Source: Octopus bimaculoides (taxonomy: Eukaryota). Taken from it: a stretch of DNA of 55,053 nt. Both the position numbers and the translations under genes were made by a program. This document shows, piece by piece, positions 11,356 to 23,967 of the stretch. The notes below the pieces were generated by a model. It ran no database searches and had not been told where the DNA came from. It was given only the letters and a program-made list of their open reading frames with translations. Position 1 is the stretch's first letter, and each line of letters starts with the position of its first letter. The stretch lies in the NCBI RefSeq assembly GCF_001194135.2, contig NC_068983.1, positions 47,683,112-47,738,164 of the forward strand, read 5' to 3'.

Positions 11356-12302
11356 AAAAAGTCCATCCAATACTTTTAACATCAACAGCAGTTTTTGTAG
11401 AGGAATCTTCAGCATCTTTAGAGACAATAGAAAATTCTGCTACAAAACACTGGAGAATAGCAGGGATTAATTTGAAGCGATTAAGTTGAACTCCAAGTCT
11501 GAAATAATTCGCTCTAAATGGAAGCAAACGTATCTCCATTATGTAATAAGCTATAATCCTTCATTCATACTTAATGAACAATGTGACATGGCCAAGAACT
11601 TCTTAAATACCGACATTTCTTCGTAGATCCTAAATATAACAGATTATTCACACGGAAAGACTTTAAGGCTAGCTAGAGTAGCATAAATATGACAAAGATC
11701 ATAGCAGCAAGTGCCTTAAATTTTTCTAAATCGTTGTGAAATGTCAATAGAAGAGACACTGCAACAGTAAAAGTAAGGAGCTATGTCTTGAGATGATTTA
11801 CCAAAAGATGGATCCACTGAGCTATAGTGCCAGTCATAGTTGACCGAAAATACCTTAAAACAAACATTGGAAGGGTTGAACGAAGCTAAAGAGTAGTTTT
11901 TGAAAGCACATTTCACTTTTTAGCAAAAGGATTTCTAGAGCATTATGAAGATATAATATGGCCTTTTAAAGATATTGTAAGTAATTTAAGATTACCAACC
12001 CTCATTTATAAATACTAAACTTATACTAAATTCTGTGACCCAAATGATAAAAAGATAAGCAAAACATTTCATTCCCTTAAGATTTTCTAACTCGTTAAAC
12101 GGTAGATTAGGGCTAATATCAGAACGTTACTATGGAAAACGGTTCAATCCACCAAATCCTAAAAAACATTATGACAGAATAAAGAGCGAAAAACACAACC
12201 CGCCTCCGAGTACGTATAAATGAAAAGTGATTATATATATATATGCGTGTCCATATGGGTGCGTATGTGTATATTCTTAACCACTGAGTCATGTGCCTTC
12301 AC

Positions 12303-12440
12303 TAGGGCAACTAGCCACATACTAAAAAATGACGCCAAATGGCGCTAAACTAACTTAAGTATCACAGTGCGTGTTTATTTGATACTTAAGATAGTTTGGC
12401 TTCTTCTTTTGGCATGTAGAAATACTCGCTAGTTGCCCTA
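12303..12440. mobile_element. Short foldback/MITE-like element
   Basis: TA-GGGCAACTAGC...GCTAGTTGCCC-TA termini; inner IR AAACTAACTTAAGTATCA / TGATACTTAAGATAGTTT. Confidence 0.6.
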
Positions 12441-12465
12441 ATATTAATTTTATAATTATAATTAT

Positions 12466-12897
12466 GCGCAGGCGTGGCTGTGCGGAGGCGCAGGCGTGGC
12501 TCTCTGGTAAGAAGCTTGCTTCTCAGCCACATGGTTCAAGATTCAGTCCCGCTGCATGCACCTTGGGCAAGTGTCTTCTACTATAGTCTCTGGCCGACCA
12601 AAACCTTCTGAGTGGATTTGGTAGACGGAAACTGAAAGAAGCCTGTCGTATATACATATATAAGTATATATTTATGTGTGTGTGGTTATGTCTGTGTTTG
12701 TCCCCCATCATCACTTGATAACCGATGTTGATGTGTTTCCGTCCCCATAATTTAGCGGTTCGACAGAAGAGACCGATAGAAGAAGCACCAAGCTTACAAA
12801 GAATAAGTCCAGGGGTTGATTTCTTCGATTAAAAAACGGTGGTCCAGCATAGTCGCAGTCAGTTGACTGAAGCAAATAAAAGAATATAAGAATAAAA
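12466..12897 (+). mobile_element. SINE A, full copy with duplicated first ~20 nt
   Basis: GCGCAGGCGTGGCT occurs twice (12466 and ~12488); internal TA/TG tract; tail module. Confidence 0.9.
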
Positions 12898-12911
12898 AAT
12901 ATACATATATA

Positions 12912-13370
12912 GGCGTAGGAGTGGCTGTGTGGTAAGTAGCTTGCTTACCAACCACATGGTTCCGGGTTCAGTCCCACTGCGTGGCACCATGGGCAAGTGT
13001 CTTCTACTATAGCCTCGGGCCGACCAAAGCCTTGTGAGTGGATTTGGTAGACGGAAACTGAAAGAAGCCCGTCGTATATATGTATATATATATATATATA
13101 TNNNNNNNNNNNNNNNNNNNNNNNNNNNNNNNNNNNNNNNNNNTATGTGTGTGCGTGTGTGTGTCTGTGTTTGTCCCCCTAACATTGCCTGACAACAGAT
13201 GCTGGTGTGTTTATGTGCCCGTCACTTAGCGGTTCGGCAAAAGAGACCGATAGAATAAGTTCTAGGCTTACAAAGAATAAGTCCCGGGGTCGATATGCTC
13301 GACTAAAGGCGGTGCTCCAGCATGGCCGCAGTCAAATGACTGAAACAAGTAATAGAGAATAGAGTAGAGT
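12912..13370 (+). mobile_element. SINE A, near-consensus full copy with TSD; assembly gap inside its microsatellite
   Basis: 14-bp TSD AATATACATATATA at 12898-12911 and 13371-13384. Confidence 0.93.
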
Positions 13371-13395
13371 AATATACATATATACATACGTACAA

Positions 13396-13442
<47 letters not shown>

Positions 13443-14685
13443 CACATATATATTTATATAATCACAGAAAGAGAGAGAAAGATAGAGAGGAGGGGAGAGA
13501 GATGTGGAAAAGAACAGATACAATTTCGGTTGCTTGCACTGTAACGATATATTTACTGTAATATTATCTAAATGAAAATTGATGTGTTCTCTCATCAGGA
13601 ATCTTTGCTAAGACATCAATATTTGCTTGTCGCATGAAACTGCTTTTCATAGAGAAGTTCATTTGCCATAAAATATTTTCTCGTTTTCTTACTTTCTCCG
13701 TGGTAATTCAGATTTCAACGAATAGAGTCACTGTGGACCTTCGGTATGGTAGTATCTGAAATGTGGTCTCAATGAGATGTACGGCAGTCATAAGTTGAAT
13801 GGTTATGAGGCTTGTGTTATTACATTACAACTTCTTTGCATGTGTGGTATGCACAACAAATGAGAGGCACGGGAGATTATATGAACATTTTCAGTAGAAT
13901 TATCTCATACGGTTGATAGAGCTTGGAAGAGGATGGCTGTCGATACAAAAGTTCTTGACCGATCTAAGAAGCTAAGCATCACGACATGTATCAACAACCA
14001 AACTGAAAAGCGTTGGTGACGTGTCACTATGAAATGATTACCGGTTAACTAATCAAAATATGTCTAAAATTTGATGGCTGTGTGGTTAAGAAACTCGCTT
14101 TGTAACCGTCTGTTTCTGGGTTCAATCCTTTTTTTGAGCTAGCGTTTTCTTTTATAGCTCCTTCTACTTCTTACTACTACTTCCACTATAAGTAGTAGTA
14201 GTGGTAGTAGTTAACCGATAATCTTGTTAGTTAACCTAATAAGGAATTAGCTAAACGATTGCTGCATTGATGATTTGAGAAATCAGTAAGTGACTTGCCG
14301 GAGTTCTTTCCACCACCTCATCCCCCGATATCTGTCTCTAATAATATTCAAATCTCTCTCACGCACTGAAGCATATACTACTTTTTGCCGCGCAAATTTC
14401 TAACTATAATATATTCACTTTTAATATATTCTACCAGATTAAAGTGACGAGATGGCAGAACTGCGCCGGGCAAAATGCTTAGCGGCATTTCACTCGTCCT
14501 TACGTTAAGCATTAGCAGACGACCACACTTTTTCATACGACTACAAATTAGTAAAAGAAAAAGAAAATCCCAAAACTATATAACTCTATACATATATACA
14601 TGCAAATATATTTCGTTATTTCTTTACATACATAAACTCGCACACACACACGCAGATGTCAGAAACTGGATGCGTATATTAACAT

Positions 14686-14956
14686 ACATCACGTGATCAC
14701 GTGACCGACGAGACTACCGGATTCTGTTACACATCGCTTGTCTCAATGTGCTTTGCATCGTTTTAGCCATCGAATGACGCCACCCCGCTGGCTAGGCGAG
14801 CAGGCCAACAATGACCCCCTGATCGAGTGCGGACTGGAACAATATGAAATGAAGCGTTTTGCTCAAGATCATAACGCGCCGCCCGGTTTGGGAATCCAAA
14901 CCACGATTCAGCGACCGTGAGTGCAACAGCCTAACTACTGGGCCACGCGCCCTCAC
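14686..14956 (-). mobile_element. SINE F (tRNA-like head, CORE-like centre, distinct tail)
   Basis: Minus strand GTGAGGGCGCGTGGCCCAGTAGTTAGG...GATCTTGAGCAAAACGCTTC...TTCCAGTCCGCAC, then a tail unlike C, D or E. Confidence 0.75.
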
Positions 14957-15954
14957 ACACGCATACATATTGTATTTGTATGTTTGCGTACATATGCTTC
15001 GGTACATTTATTTATGTGCGCATATAAACATATATTTTAATTTCCTTTATTTATTTATTCATTTATTTATTCATTGATTTATATATATATTTATATAATT
15101 CTTATTGAACTGCTGAACAGGCAAACTATCTACAATGTATATACGCGACCTTGTAATAATTTCTTACAGTTTTTCTAGAACAATCCAGAGAGGTATCATA
15201 GGACATGTAAATACAACCCCCTGATTAGAAACCTGTTTGATAAGTGCCAATGCACAAAATTCTCGGATCTTTGAGTAACTAAAACTTCTAGCGATTAATA
15301 ACACACTTAACCATAATACACACAAAGGCATATAAATGAAGAGAGATACATACATACATAAATATGCACACACTCACACACACGTTTATATACATACAAG
15401 CATATATACACTCCCCATATATATATACATATATATATATATATANNNNNNNNNNNNNNNNNNNNNNNNNNNNNNNNNNNNNNNNNNNNNNNNNNNNNNN
15501 NNNNNNNNNNNNNNNNNNNNNNNNNNNNNNNNNNNNNNNNNNNNNNNNNNNNNNNNNNNNNNNNNNNNNNNNNNNNNNNNNNNNNNNNNNNNNNNNNNNN
15601 NNNNNNNNNNNNNNNNNNNNNNNNNNNNNNNNNNNNNNNNNNNNNNNNNNNNNNNNNNNNNNNNNNNNNNNNNNNNNNNNNNNNNNNNNNNNNNNNNNNN
15701 NNNNNNNNNNNNNNNNNNNNNNNNNNNNNNNNNNNNNNNNNNNNNNNNNNNNNNNNNNNNNNNNNNNNNNNNNNNNNNNNNNNNNNNNNNNNNNNNNNNN
15801 NNNNNNNNNNNNNNNNNNNNNNNNNNNNNNNNNNNNNNNNNNNNNNNNNNNNNNNNNNNNNNNNNNNNNNNNNNNNNNNNNNNNNNNNNNNNNNNNNNNN
15901 NNNNNNNNNNNNNNNNNNNNNNNNNNNNNNNNNNNNNNNNNNNNNNNNNNNNNN

Positions 15955-16008
<54 letters not shown>

Positions 16009-16797
16009 GTGTGTATTATTATGTGGTCACGAATCATAATCAGAGAAATTGAAAAACTTATTAAAATAAAACTAGCCGATGAGAACCGTTGGTTTTTCTT
16101 AGCAGAAGTTTGCTTCTTAATCGAGGCCATGAAGATATAATGAATTCGATTTCCCTCCAGACCAGAAGTAATAAAAATACCATTTAAGTAATAAACGCAA
16201 TTACCTATGATGTCAGCTAAATTGTGAGAAATATTCTTCCCTCGGGTGTTTTTTTAACTCTTGAAATGTCAGCGACGTAAAAGTAATAACGTTATGAGAG
16301 CGTTCCACAACAACGAGTTTCTAAAACGCGGTAAGACAGCTAACGATAGGACTGCAAAATAGTCGTTCTACTAGCTAGATATAGCAAACAAATCCTGCTA
16401 AAATCGAACTCCACTTACTGTCACGGAGAAAGGAAAATATATGAAGTAATGAAGTTGTAAATATACATAAAGAAAACAAAAGATGTAGCTATATTTTGAA
16501 TCTATTTGATTAGGGAAGTATTCAATTAACAAGGTCCTTAGGCTACATCAGATCAAACTTATACAACCTGTATACTGCCTTGTTTACTGTGAACAAAGGA
16601 CGCCATATTTAGATCTATTTTTTTTCGGCTTTTGAAGTGTAAGTACTATTTAACTCGTAGAGCTTTGATTGTTTTTAGTTCAGTTTATAAATGAAAATCA
16701 TTCAATAGATGGTCATAGATAGAAAGCCTTTGATGATGGAGGTTTTCAATCAGAGGTGACGAAGTTATAAACAACAACACCAACAATACCAAAATAT

Positions 16798-17020
16798 AAT
16801 TGTTTGAAATTTTGGTAAAAGACCAGCAGTTTTATGGGAGATGTAGGTGTTAGTGGATTATATCGACCCGATTTACTTGTCTTGTAATTATTTTATCTTC
16901 TGAGAAAGGATGAAAGACGAAGTTGATTTCGGCAGTGTTTGTAGTCAGAGCGGAAAGAACCAGAAGAAATAAGTATATTGTTCGATGTGCTAGCGTAAGA
17001 CCCTGCCAACTTTCCGCCTT
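16798..17020 (-). mobile_element. SINE B, degenerate
   Basis: Collinear reverse-complement similarity to B from head to tail. Confidence 0.7.
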
Positions 17021-17261
17021 AACAATACCGAAATATAATGCTAATAATTTCTAAGATATAATATGTAAGATATAATATCACACAATTTTTTGTAAAAATC
17101 GATATATAATAGCAATGCGTTCTATCATTGAATTTCTATATATTGTGCTAAAGAAACAGTTTATAATATTGTTTGCCCTTTTCTAGTCTTACTGAGTGAG
17201 TTGTGTATGAAAGTCGTTCTTGTCGCGACAATCCTTTTTTCTGTCATAATGTGTCTGTAGA

Positions 17262-17525
17262 CACAGGCATGTGGATGTGTGGTTAAAAAACTCGCCTTTT
17301 CAACTTCGTAGTTTGGAGTTTAATATCATTGCGTGGCACCTTAGGGAAGGGTCTCCTACTATAGCTTCGGGCTGACCAATCACTTGTGAGTGAATCTGGT
17401 AGACGGGGAAGCATTTCGTGCGTGTATATGTGTGTGTGTGTGTGTGTGGGTGGGTGTGTGCGTGTGTGTGTGTGCGTGTGTGTGTGTGTGTATGNNNNNN
17501 NNNNGTGGGTGGGTGTGTGCGTGTG

Positions 17526-17558
<33 letters not shown>

Positions 17559-17783
17559 GTGTGTGTGTGTGTGGTATTTGTGTTTGACCACCACCACCGC
17601 TTCAAAATCGGTTTTGGCTCATTTAGTCCCCGTAACTTAGCGGTTCGGCAAAAAGAGCGCGATAGTCCGATAGAATAATTACCAGGCTAATAAAACTAGA
17701 TACTGGAGTTGATTTGTTCGTCAACTCTACAAGGCAGTGCCCCAGCATGGCTGCAGTTTAATGTCTAAAGCAAGCTTAGAATA
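17262..17783 (+). mobile_element. SINE A, full copy with (TG)n-type internal microsatellite
   Basis: Head 17262-17420, TG tract with gap, tail module 17575-17783. Confidence 0.85.
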
Positions 17784-18254
17784 TACATAGACATATCTGG
17801 GTGTGCATCTATTCTTTCGTTTATTTTATACTTGTCATCAAGATTGTTTTGTTGTCATTAACCAGTGAAAGAATTTTCTCATTTTGGGGGCGGGGCAACA
17901 CCAGAGATCAGCTGTAAAGTATATTTAATTTTATTCATTTTGGCCGATTGCTCCTCTTTCAGCCATTTTGAAAATATTTACTTACTATATGAACTCGTGT
18001 AAAATTCGAATTTTTTGATTGGTAAATTCATGGGGGCGACTATTACAAGGTTTCTAATTTCGAAACCAAATGGTCTTTGAAAGAAAAAAAAAAGACAAAA
18101 ACAACTTTGAATTGCAATAATAATTATCCATCTTTCGTATAATAACATATATTCTATAAAGACATTGTAGCTCTTATAAATATTTACATCAGCTTCTACC
18201 CATTATAGTCAACAGACTTGCTGAGTTAAATCTATTTACATCTCGTTTTCCTAT

Positions 18255-18440
18255 ATTGGGTTTAAATTTTGGCGCAAGGCCAGCAATTTCATCACCCTCA
18301 GTGTTCGTCTGATACTTAATTTATCGACCTGGAAATGATGAAAGGCAAAGTCGACTTCGGTGGAATTTGAACTCAGAATGTCAAGACGGACGAAACGCCA
18401 CTAAGCATTTCGCTAACGATTCTGCCAGCTCGTCGGCTTC
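18255..18440 (-). mobile_element. SINE B with internal deletions
   Basis: AAGGCAAAGTCGACTTCGGTGGAATTTGAACTCAGAA etc. Confidence 0.85.
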
Positions 18441-18503
18441 CATTATTATATAACAACCACTGATTTACAGTGATAATATGCGCAGGGCTGACACTACACT
18501 ACA

Positions 18504-18568
<65 letters not shown>

Positions 18569-20108
18569 NNNNNNNNNNAATAGATTTTATGTATTTATTG
18601 AAGCCTGACATATGTTTCCGATAAATATTGGAGACGGTCTCGTTCCATAGTGCAGTCATATCAATCAATCGAGTTATCGTCGATCGACTGAAGAAGCGAA
18701 AAGCAGTCCGACACTCCGCACATTTATCATCTTCCAAGCCACGATAAATTGTGTACACACACACACACACAGTCACACACACACACACACATACTTATAC
18801 ACTTACACACACACACACCACACGTACAAACACATACACACAAATACACACGTACACACTTATACACACACACACGTACACATACACACGCATACATACA
18901 CGTACACACATATACACAGACTACTTACTTATACACTCACACACACACGTACACACACACACACACACACACATACAAATACACATCCGTATATTTATAT
19001 TTATATTAACGGTATTTACATTAACGTCTGCTTTTATATATGACTGTATATAAACATGTATATGTATATGTATGTGTATATGTGTGAATAAATACGTAGG
19101 TCTATGTGCATGTGTGTATGTGAACGCATGCGCGTGTGTTTGTCTGTATACTTTCAGTACACTGTTCATTATCTTCGTTCATCTTTTCTTTTTTGTCCTC
19201 TAGCTATTTCTCAACCGCAAAACTATCATCTCTGTTTATTTTAGCACCAACGTCTTCCATATATTGCCCTCTGGATAAAAGTGAATCTTATCACTTTCAA
19301 CATAGCTTTTTCCCCCTTCAGAAACTTTGATATTTGCTAATTTTACTTGGGTATGGATAATTTTTGATTATGACATTCTGTCATGTGACTGGTGGAAAGA
19401 CGCTTCTATTTGAGAGAGAATTTTAAGTATTGTTTCTGATATTGATATGATGCTGCTCCAGGTCAGTCCTCATTGACCAATGATCAAAAGGTTCAGATTG
19501 ATTTTTCCGTTGTTTAAATGATCAAGAGTATGATACACAGATCAAGAATTTATTAACTCTGTCTTTAAGTATTGCTTTCAGCTTCTTCGCCTACGGGGTA
19601 TTTTGTATGACAATATCTTGGAAGCTGATAAGAAGAAGTTCATGTACGGGTTACAACTGGACTGCGATAATTTTTCGGCGGTCATAATTCTAATCGTTTT
19701 TAACTCCTTGCTTTTCGTTTGCTCTGCTAGAATGGCAGAGATAGCGATAGATATAGAATAATATATAGAAAACACACACAAACACACACAGCTATGGATT
19801 GATAGCTTTGGACGGAGTAAAATTTAAAGGTTTGTATGCAGGGGAAGGTGGGTGTTTATGCGTGTATGTGTGTGTGTGTGTCGTGTGCGCGTTCACTAAT
19901 GTGGGTTGATGTATGCGTATATGTATATTTGTATGCATGTTCATATATATGTAACATATATGTAACATATATGTAACATATATGTTCATATATATGTAAC
20001 AGTTTGATCCTTTTCCAAACCACACTGCTATCAGTTGTATGTTTACGTAAATGTATTTGTGTATAACTTTGTAACCAATTGTATGAATGGGAATGAAGAT
20101 GCGTGTTT

Positions 20109-20614
20109 GAGAGAGAAAGAGAGGGAGAGGGGAGGGGAGAGAGAAAGAATAAAGCTAGGAGACCGAGAGAGAGAGGAGGAGGAGGGGAGAGAAAAAGAGT
20201 AAAAGCTAGGGGAACGAGAGAGAGAGAGGGGAGGGGGAGAGAAAGAGTAAAAGCTAGGGCAACGAGAGAGAGAGAATGAGAGTGAGAGAGAGTAAGAGTA
20301 AGAGAGAGAATGAGAGTGAGAGAGAGAGTAAAACTAAGAGAGAGAGAATGAGAGAGTAAGGCTAAGAGAGAGATACAATGAGTGAGAGAGAGAGAGTAAA
20401 ACTAAGAGAGAGAGAGAGAGAGAGAACGAGGGTGAGAGAGAGTAAGAGTAAGAGAGAAAATGAGTGAGAGAGAGTATTCTAAGAGAGAGAGACAATGAGA
20501 GTGAGAGAGAGTAAGGCTAAGAGAGAGAGTGAGAGAGAGAGAGAGTAAGGCTAAGAGAGAGAGAGGTGAGAGTGAGGTGAATTGAAAGAGGGAATGAAAG
20601 AGCGAGAGAGGGGG
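20109..20614. repeat. Purine-rich compound minisatellite built on (GA)n
   Basis: Recurring GAGTAAAAGCTAGG / GAGTAAGGCTAAGAGAG / AATGAGAGTGAG motifs. Confidence 0.9.
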
Positions 20615-22569
20615 GAAGTATTAAATGTCATGGCGATGGTGGGTAAGATGTAAGATTTTATAGTGATTATGCAAGGACTGTGTCTCTTTGATAAAACAAG
20701 ATTTTGATCTGTTGATCAACCTTCAGCAGAATGAAACATAATGCATTTTCAGTCCATATGTCACGTATGGCACACGAAAGCCTTGACGTATGCAAACTGA
20801 CTTGGTTGCGTTTGAAGTTGTAATATAAACCGGAGTTTAAGATGTTTGTCAAGGAGCAGGTACATGCATATTACTCTGATACATTTACGTATAATGGCTA
20901 TAGAGATGGGGAACTATAAGAAGTTGTTAATGTTTATATTGTAGGTGAATAGTTCAGGTGACCTTGTTGCAATGTTCATTGCAACATCACAGCTGAGAAA
21001 TCGATTTCAATTTCACTACATATTGATTTATTACGCAAGCGACATAGCTAAGATTTGAGATTTATGGAGGAAATTATACGAGATCGTGTAACTTCGTATC
21101 GTATTTATTTCCTACATAAGTCCAAGACCTCGGAATGATAGGAATTATCGAATTATAGAAAAGTGATTTATAGGGAAATCATTTATAGGGAAGTTAGATA
21201 TATGGACGAAGAGAAAAACTATTATAGGAAAGCAGGAATTTTATCGAAAGCGAGAAATTTTATAGGTAGCTAAACTTCTTTTGCATAAGCTGAAAATCTC
21301 AGAATTATTGGGATAGCGGAAAATGTAATTGTGGGATAATAATGCATTTGTGATATAAACAGACCCAAAGACATTAGCAACGCAAGCAAGCTTAAGTAGT
21401 TCTAATCGGGAATCGAAATTGGTTAGCGAACTTGGTTTACAGAGAGCTTCATTTTTACGCTACGACATTAACGAACTGTATTAATTTATTACATAAGCAA
21501 TAAATACTATAGTTAGAAGAAAGACAGCGTGTGTAATCGTTTATGCTTTTCCCAATGGTTTCACCGACGGTCATAATAGAAAAGGAAATAACTCTAAGAG
21601 AGAATTGACTGAAGGTCGCAACCTTGCCTTGCCAGTAACTAAATGTTATTACTTAGCATTTGGCACTACCTTAAGTTTTTAAAAACTTTTCTCTCAAACC
21701 TTTGGATGTAAATACGAATGGAAAATGAATGCGCAACATTCATACTATTAATAAGTGCATTATGAAGGCTCATGGTCTTAGATTTAGGATATTGGATTCC
21801 TTATCATAATATCTTAAGTTCTATTCTTGAATGGAGTACCAGGCTACATCCTCGAGTAAGACACTTCATTTTATGTTGCCCAAATAATTTTCAACTGAAA
21901 TGTGTATCAGCAATTATTTTACGGCCCAGCTCGCATACTCTTGATGTTCCTTTGAGTCACGGGTGGAAAAGGTGAGAGGGTGTATTTTACTTTATCGAGT
22001 CTCCAAAACGATGAAAGACAAATTTGACCCCGGAGAGTGTTAAACTGCAGTAGGAAGCAATACCTTAGAATAGCAAGTCATTCGCAGATCAGTGACTCTG
22101 TTCGAGGACTGAGGGTGAAAAAAACCCACCATTCGGCTAATATCATTAAACTGGTGAGAGATTAAGCTTAGCAGAAACAACAGGTACATCCTATTTTATG
22201 GGTTTCTGTCCATTTTCTGTCTTCCCAATTTCACACATAAATTTGCATCAAACCAAAACTATAGTATGAAATACTTTCACAAAGTTGGGTGCAATGAAAT
22301 CAAACGGAGAAACATGTAATAATGAAGCGAACATCTAAGTCAGATGACTGTATCTATTTCTCCGAATCGCAGACTTTTTTTTTTGAGTTTATCGTAATCA
22401 TATGCCATACACGTTGCATTCTGTGTTATCTTAACCATATGCCCTATACGTTGCATATCTTTTGTTTCTGTGATATATTCTAATAGATTATAGTAAGAAT
22501 TTGTGTTCTTCTTAACATCCGTGTACCTTAGAGGTTCTATGCGCAAATATAAAATTTAAAGTTCAATCA

Positions 22570-22925
22570 CTATTTCTTTTACTTCTTTTACTCGTTTCAG
22601 TCATAGTACTACGGCCATGCTGTGGCCTCGTCTTCACAGGTTTTTGGTTGAGCAAATCGGGCCCATTTCTTTCTTTTTTCTAATTTGGGTCCTTATTTTA
22701 TCGGTTCGTTTTGCTAAAACAGCATCGGTTGTCAAGTGGTGGGTGTGGGGAAGACAGAGATAGTTACGACTTCCCCCCATCCCCACGGACATATACGACA
22801 GTTTCCGTCTCTCCAATCGACTCCATGACTATAGTAGAAAACACTTGCCAAGGGTGCTGCGCAGTGGGACTGAAACCAACACCTTTTCCTTATAAGGCGA
22901 TCTTCTGAACTACACAACCATACCT
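22570..22925 (-). mobile_element. SINE A variant, degenerate, without a long microsatellite
   Basis: Tail module rc from 22570; head rc (ACTATAGTAGAAAACACTTGCCAAGG...CAGTGGGACTGAAACC) to 22925. Confidence 0.7.
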
Positions 22926-23253
22926 ATATACCACATTTTGAGCAAGTGAAACATGGTAGATGGAAAATGCGTGGAAGCCCGACGGAAGGACAGATCGTTC
23001 TTGCGTAATACACTTTAAGCGTTACCCTTTGCGCGCCATTAACTAGTTTCCAGGATTACTTTACGTATTTCTTTAGGTCAGTTCTCCAGTCTCAGGAAGC
23101 ATTTCACATAGATTTAGATAACGGTTGTTCATGTCACAAGGTCTTCTGAGAAGATTAAAATTTACGCTACATGAAAGTCGGCTGCAGTAATTTATCGACT
23201 GAATCATTTCACTTTTTGTTTATTGTATTTACACCAAATAACTAAAAGAAAAA

Positions 23254-23610
23254 GGCGGCAAGCTGGTTAAAATCTTATAGGATAAAAAGCTTAGCGGAAG
23301 ATATTCTGGTTCCTTATGTCCTGAGTTCGAACGCCACCGTGGTCAACTTTGCCTTTCATCTTTCTGGGGTTTGATAAAATTAAGTACCAAGGCGGCTTGC
23401 TGGCAGAATCGTTAGCACGCTGGGTGAAATGCATAGCGGTATTTCCTGTCTTTACGTTCTGAGTTCAAATTCCGCGCAGGTCGACTTTGGCTTTCATCCT
23501 TTCGGGGTCGATAAATTAAGTACCAGTTGCATACTGGGACCGATCTAATCGACTAGCCCCCTTACCAAAATTTTCAGGCCTTGTGCCTATAGTAGAAAGC
23601 ACCAGTCAAA
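23254..23610 (+). mobile_element. Two SINE B copies, the second nested in the first
   Basis: The outer copy breaks at TAAGTACCA (23389); inner copy 23391-23599; the outer resumes ACCAGTCAAAT. Confidence 0.8.
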
Positions 23611-23928
23611 TATTTGCTCTCTTCTTAAAGTCTCAGGCCTGGAGCCCCGCAAAAAACCAGCGTCTCGTTCAAGGGCAAATGTTGTGATCTTGGACATTTA
23701 CACGTCAAAGAAACTGGGATAACGGCCTTATGAGCCTTAGGGTTCAATAATAAAAGAAATATGAAAAAAGGATTTACAAAAATAAATAAAGCATATTTGA
23801 TCCCAAAAGAATTTGAAACTGCGCCCTTACCTCTTAAACCAAGATGCATTGTGATAGATTTATTTCTACCTCTACGTGGATTTAAAACAGAGATTGGTGA
23901 AAGGTAAAAATAAAAATTGAAGAAGCAC

Positions 23929-23966
<38 letters not shown>
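23929..23966. repeat. (AAT)n microsatellite
   Basis: Perfect AAT run. Confidence 0.98.

Positions 23967-23967
<1 letters not shown>

Larger units (their letters stand above)
9835..12200 (+). mobile_element. Fossil Penelope-like element (RT to C-terminal GIY-YIG region) interrupted by three SINEs
   Basis: AFDVTIGF/DEAGVSNLIEVIFF, DIILYTNGGSAI and RKNLISTFKEFG resemble FDVTMGSFDGAEV, GLYRDDGL. Later come CTGKYQ, SYNPSF, RLFTRKDFKAS*SSINM, CNSKSKELCL, KTNIG and IIWPFKD, collinear with PLE RT-thumb-EN. Confidence 0.75.

Noticed and set aside
17440-17555. ~50-bp direct repeat flanking the 10-N gap
   Set aside because: Typical unmerged contig overlap across a nominal gap; probably an assembly artefact.
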